Shown: positions 36,793 through 40,214 of the stretch, one piece after another
How positions within the stretch are numbered: the first letter of the stretch is position 1
Layout: every line of letters starts with the position of its first letter
Source of the DNA: a virus
Taxonomy: Duplodnaviria > Caudoviricetes
Strand: one strand, 5' to 3'
Virus record (IMG/VR): IMGVR_UViG_3300042315_000125
Coordinates: 1-40,214 of that record
Length of the DNA stretch: 40,214 bases
Position numbers and translations under genes: made by a program
Notes under the pieces: model-generated
Database searches by the model: none
What the model saw: only the letters and a program-made list of their open reading frames with translations
What the model was told of the DNA's origin: nothing

Positions 36793-38544
36793 TTATGCCG
36801 CGCCGCCGATTGAGGCGAGCAATGATGCAATATCAGGTCTACCTTGTGGTTCTTGTCCAGGAGCAGGGGCCGCACCGCCAGTTTGTACTGGAGTTGGCTG
36901 CGAGGCAGGAGCGGGGGCCGCACCTGCTGCTGGCATCTGAGGCATCCCTTGAGGAGCCTGCGGTTGTGGTTCAAGCATAAATGCCTTCTCCACAATGTTT
37001 TCAATTTGCATACCTTTTTGTCGTCCCTGAATTACTTCAGCAATACGACTAATGATTAATGAAGGATCTTGTCCTTGTGCTGCTAATGCTGGAATTGCTT
37101 GAGCATATTGTGCTACAGCTACTCTTAACGCATCACGCATTTCTTCAATATCAACTTTTTGTTCTTCTTGAGTAACGTTAATCTCAACCGGAATCTCACG
37201 TCGTACATAATCACGAGATACAAGTTTATCGCTACGCATTTGTAGTAATGCAATAACTGCACGGTTAGGATCTAGTCCTGACATAATTCCGTAGCGGACA
37301 TCTACAGTGTAATCACCATTGATAGCACGGCTTGGAACATACTTCATTGTGTACGGAGTACCGTCATCAATTCCGCGAATCTCTTTTACTTTGTTACCAA
37401 ATATCTTCTCATCTGTTTCAAAACAGATACTTACTAACTCGGTAAAGACTCTAGCAAATTGTGATTGTGCTGCTTTAATCTGTGTATCAAAGCCTGCTTG
37501 TAATGCTTGAACTCCGCGACCTGTTACAACGGATGCGTCAATATTGCCGGAACGAGATTCAGGGTAACGAGCACCCATACGAAGTTCACGCTCTAAAACA
37601 TTAGATTCAGCAAATACACCTTGAGGAAGTTCTAGTGGAACTCTACGGATTGCTTGAGGGTTTGATGAACGCATAATTGCATCAGGTCCCAAAGCAAGTT
37701 CTTGTACATCTTGTGGAATAGCAATAGGTGCTTGAATAGATTTCTCAGCAGCTTGGATCTGTAGTACTGCAAAGCGAGCACGGGCTAACTGAACTGCTAG
37801 TACATCATCAAACTGTCCACGAGCCTCACCATCAATAGATGGACGGAAGGCAACTCGAACCATACATTTCCCAATTTGATTTGGTGTACGGGCTAAAACT
37901 AAATCTTTACGCTCTGGTAAATAAATTACATCTTGATCTTTATCGTGGTAGCGAACTAAAGAAAGATATGGAGAGCCTGGGGTAAATGTATTTCTATTTA
38001 AAATCTGATCTGCAAACTCTGGGTATAGTGATGCTAAGGTCTGTGCATCCATACCAACAACCTGTGTTAGAGATAAGCAACGACCAAAACGGTCCATCTC
38101 TGGGTATGAACCAAATGGGTTAACAAGTTTAATTGTTGGTTCATTGTTCTCATAATCTAACTCAACGGTACCAATCATCATTCCGTAAGTGTTATACCAG
38201 TCAGCACCGGTGTACATCTGAACACTAAGTTCGGAACGGGTAACATAATAATTTGCAATACGAGCACGGGTGTCTGCTGCTTTACGAGCAGAGTCTGAAA
38301 CCATATTAGAAGCGGAGCAACTAAATGTTGGTAGAGGTGCCATTGCCTCCGCTAGATCACGAGCGGAAACGTCAATAAGGTTAGCGATGAGAGGCTTTGG
38401 ATATTCCTCGGAAAACATCGATGGGTAGACTTTAGATATATCGCCCTGACGAACTGATAGCACATCACGCATACGTCCATCGCGTTGTGCATATTTAGTT
38501 TGTAGACGAGATACCTTAGCGGTGATCTCTCTTATATTTAACAA
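36793..38544 (-). CDS. Portal protein
   Basis: 583 aa following the terminase; helical with a Pro/Gln-rich tail; TTG start after AAGGA. Confidence 0.85.
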   Translation of the reverse strand: MLNIREITAKVSRLQTKYAQRDGRMRDVLSVRQGDISKVYPSMFSEEYPKPLIANLIDVSARDLAEAMAPLPTFSCSASNMVSDSARKAADTRARIANYYVTRSELSVQMYTGADWYNTYGMMIGTVELDYENNEPTIKLVNPFGSYPEMDRFGRCLSLTQVVGMDAQTLASLYPEFADQILNRNTFTPGSPYLSLVRYHDKDQDVIYLPERKDLVLARTPNQIGKCMVRVAFRPSIDGEARGQFDDVLAVQLARARFAVLQIQAAEKSIQAPIAIPQDVQELALGPDAIMRSSNPQAIRRVPLELPQGVFAESNVLERELRMGARYPESRSGNIDASVVTGRGVQALQAGFDTQIKAAQSQFARVFTELVSICFETDEKIFGNKVKEIRGIDDGTPYTMKYVPSRAINGDYTVDVRYGIMSGLDPNRAVIALLQMRSDKLVSRDYVRREIPVEINVTQEEQKVDIEEMRDALRVAVAQYAQAIPALAAQGQDPSLIISRIAEVIQGRQKGMQIENIVEKAFMLEPQPQAPQGMPQMPAAGAAPAPASQPTPVQTGGAAPAPGQEPQGRPDIASLLASIGGAA

Positions 38545-38553
38545 TTAAAGTCC

Positions 38554-39009
38554 TTACTTAGCCTTTTTTGTAGAATCTTTTCTACCTGTAACGTAATGAT
38601 TTTTTTGAGTACCTTTTGAAACTACATACTGCGCGGCGGCTCCTGCGGCAGTACCAACAGCAGCTCCTGTAGCTAAACCTTCTTTTTTGCCAATTTTTTT
38701 ACCAACGGAATGTGCATACTCTTGTCGTTCTTCTTCACGAAGTTTACGACTTTGCGCTGCTTTTCTTCCTCTATCAGATGCGGCAATGTCTGTAGTCTTA
38801 TATGTACTTGCAGCTTTATTCTGTTGCGTTACTGCACGGTTTTCTGCTTTAGTTAAATCCTTTGCAGATTTAGAAAATGATTCAATTGCTTTATCAGCAA
38901 TCTTTCCTGCTGCTTGTGCTATAGCTTTACCAGGAGAACCAACCCCTGCTTGTAAAACTTTAATCTTGCCAGATTTAATACCAGCTTTAATTTCTTTAGC
39001 ACTTGCCAT
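38554..39009 (-). CDS. Ala/Lys-rich basic protein
   Basis: 151 aa between terL and the portal gene. Confidence 0.75.
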   Translation of the reverse strand: MASAKEIKAGIKSGKIKVLQAGVGSPGKAIAQAAGKIADKAIESFSKSAKDLTKAENRAVTQQNKAASTYKTTDIAASDRGRKAAQSRKLREEERQEYAHSVGKKIGKKEGLATGAAVGTAAGAAAQYVVSKGTQKNHYVTGRKDSTKKAK

Positions 39010-39011
39010 AA

Positions 39012-39200
39012 TTAAATACCTTGTTCTTCTTGACCGCTAACTTTTGTTGGCCACTCTACATAATCAATACGATCTGCATCGGCTTCAGCAGCGATAAGTC
39101 TTGCTTGTGCCATTGTGTTAGGCGTAGGCATTTTGATTGCGCCTTTGTCTACGTACTCTTGTTCGCCTTCTTCGTTAGTAATCCAGCTTGTTTGTCCCAT
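39012..39200 (-). CDS. Hypothetical protein (62 aa, MGQTSWITNEEG...)
   Basis: ATG 39200 after SD AAGGAG. Confidence 0.75.
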   Translation of the reverse strand: MGQTSWITNEEGEQEYVDKGAIKMPTPNTMAQARLIAAEADADRIDYVEWPTKVSGQEEQGI

Positions 39201-39210
39201 TTTTTTCTCC

Positions 39211-40214
39211 TTAGATGAACTGTGTATCCTTCTCTGCAAGTAGTTCATCGATGTTGATTACTACTCGTTTTTGTCTTTCATAATTTGATAGGAACGGATT
39301 CTTCATATGATGCTGTGCGTATTGTCCGTAATTAAGCATCTCTCTTGCTCTGATCTCGCAGAACCAAAGAGCCATTACCATATCGGTCTTACCCTTAGTA
39401 GTCGGAGACCAAGTTATCAACTGCTCAATTAAAGCCTTGACGTTCTCGGTTTGATCACTAGGTAAATGTATTAAGTTATCTCGATGGTGCTTACCATCAG
39501 CTAATTGCTTTGTACCAAATAGGGTGGACATAGATGCCACACCGAAACCGGAATCCCATTTATTAGAACCGGTATGATGTTCTTTAAGAACTACACCCCT
39601 TGAGGCAAGGTGCATCTTGATACCTTCGTCTTGAGTTAAGAAAGCTTGGAAGGCGTTCTTCTCGACGATCCATTCACTAGGTTTGTAAAGATCCGTCCAG
39701 TCAAAAATGAGTTGCCTAATTTGTGCCGGAGTAGGTCGAGTAATCTTATGAGCGTCCACAATATAACGCTTGTGGCTGACGCGATCAATAGCATAACAAA
39801 TAACAGCAGTGTCACCAACCATAGCAGGATCAAGGCCACAAATGAAAGTGAATCCGTTAAGGTCTTTAGGATGGCCTGGATAACCCGCATTGAGTGCTCC
39901 TGACTTTCTCATACCATCAATAGATCCTCTAACACATACCGGATCAAATATGGCATCATCTGAAATATCTTGTTGTTGGTAAATTAAAGCCCAGGTGGAA
40001 GCGTCCATAGATTGACGTTCGTTAAATAGGTTGCGACCATTCCATCTTGGGTATAGGCCGTCTTCGTTCTTTTGATCTTCGCCTTGGCCGTCAAATGGTT
40101 GATCTGATGCTGGCCATAAGGTCTCCCACTTCTCAGGAGATTCATCTGTCTGTAAGAGTGCTGGCATAGCTAGATACTTCCAAGGGACTAAACCGCCTGG
40201 ATATCTATCGGGGT
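39211..40214 (-). CDS. terL: Terminase large subunit, C-terminal part (RNase H-like nuclease)
   Basis: LIYQQQ, GLDPA, WIVEKNAFQ and KTDMVMALW; continuous with 1-1037. Confidence 0.93.
   Translation of the reverse strand, partial: PDRYPGGLVPWKYLAMPALLQTDESPEKWETLWPASDQPFDGQGEDQKNEDGLYPRWNGRNLFNERQSMDASTWALIYQQQDISDDAIFDPVCVRGSIDGMRKSGALNAGYPGHPKDLNGFTFICGLDPAMVGDTAVICYAIDRVSHKRYIVDAHKITRPTPAQIRQLIFDWTDLYKPSEWIVEKNAFQAFLTQDEGIKMHLASRGVVLKEHHTGSNKWDSGFGVASMSTLFGTKQLADGKHHRDNLIHLPSDQTENVKALIEQLITWSPTTKGKTDMVMALWFCEIRAREMLNYGQYAQHHMKNPFLSNYERQKRVVINIDELLAEKDTQFI
40037..40214. repeat. Terminal direct repeat, copy 2
   Basis: Matches 1-178 with one synonymous mismatch. Confidence 0.97.

Overview
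The window is an essentially complete, circularly permuted tailed-phage genome. Bases 1-178 are repeated at 40037-40214 with one mismatch, giving a unit length of about 40,036 bp, and the terminase gene reads through the junction. WhiB, NrdH, an M15-type endolysin, a split primase and mycobacteriophage-like replication genes point to an actinobacterial host, and the low GC suits a freshwater Nanopelagicales-type actinophage (inference). No tape measure or tail tube gene is recognisable while large internal virion proteins are present, which suggests a podovirus-like virion. Layout: a hairpin-rich control region (about 1040-1786); a + strand early operon of small, often acidic or Zn-binding proteins ending in a lytic transglycosylase (1787-5110); a convergent terminator/sRNA region (5111-5310); a - strand replication and regulation operon (13740 to 5311: proteasome-beta/HslV-like protease, Cas4/RecB-like nuclease, WhiB, DnaB-like helicase, two glycosyltransferases, sugar epimerase, resolvase, primase, Nmad1/DUF1599, sigma factor); one + strand Zn protein; and a - strand late operon (terminase, portal, internal proteins, scaffold, capsid, basic micro-proteins, collagen-like fibre with GT2-TPR glycosyltransferase, Gly-rich adhesin, tail protein, lysis cassette). 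I saw no DNA polymerase, integrase, tRNA or CRISPR array. The most interesting signals are a BclA-like virion glycosylation system, a candidate sRNA whose loop matches early-gene ribosome-binding sites, a restriction-site-free early region with genome-wide CATG avoidance, a TerS-like HTH fused to TerL, and several structured non-coding elements. All calls come from reading motifs by eye, without database searches.
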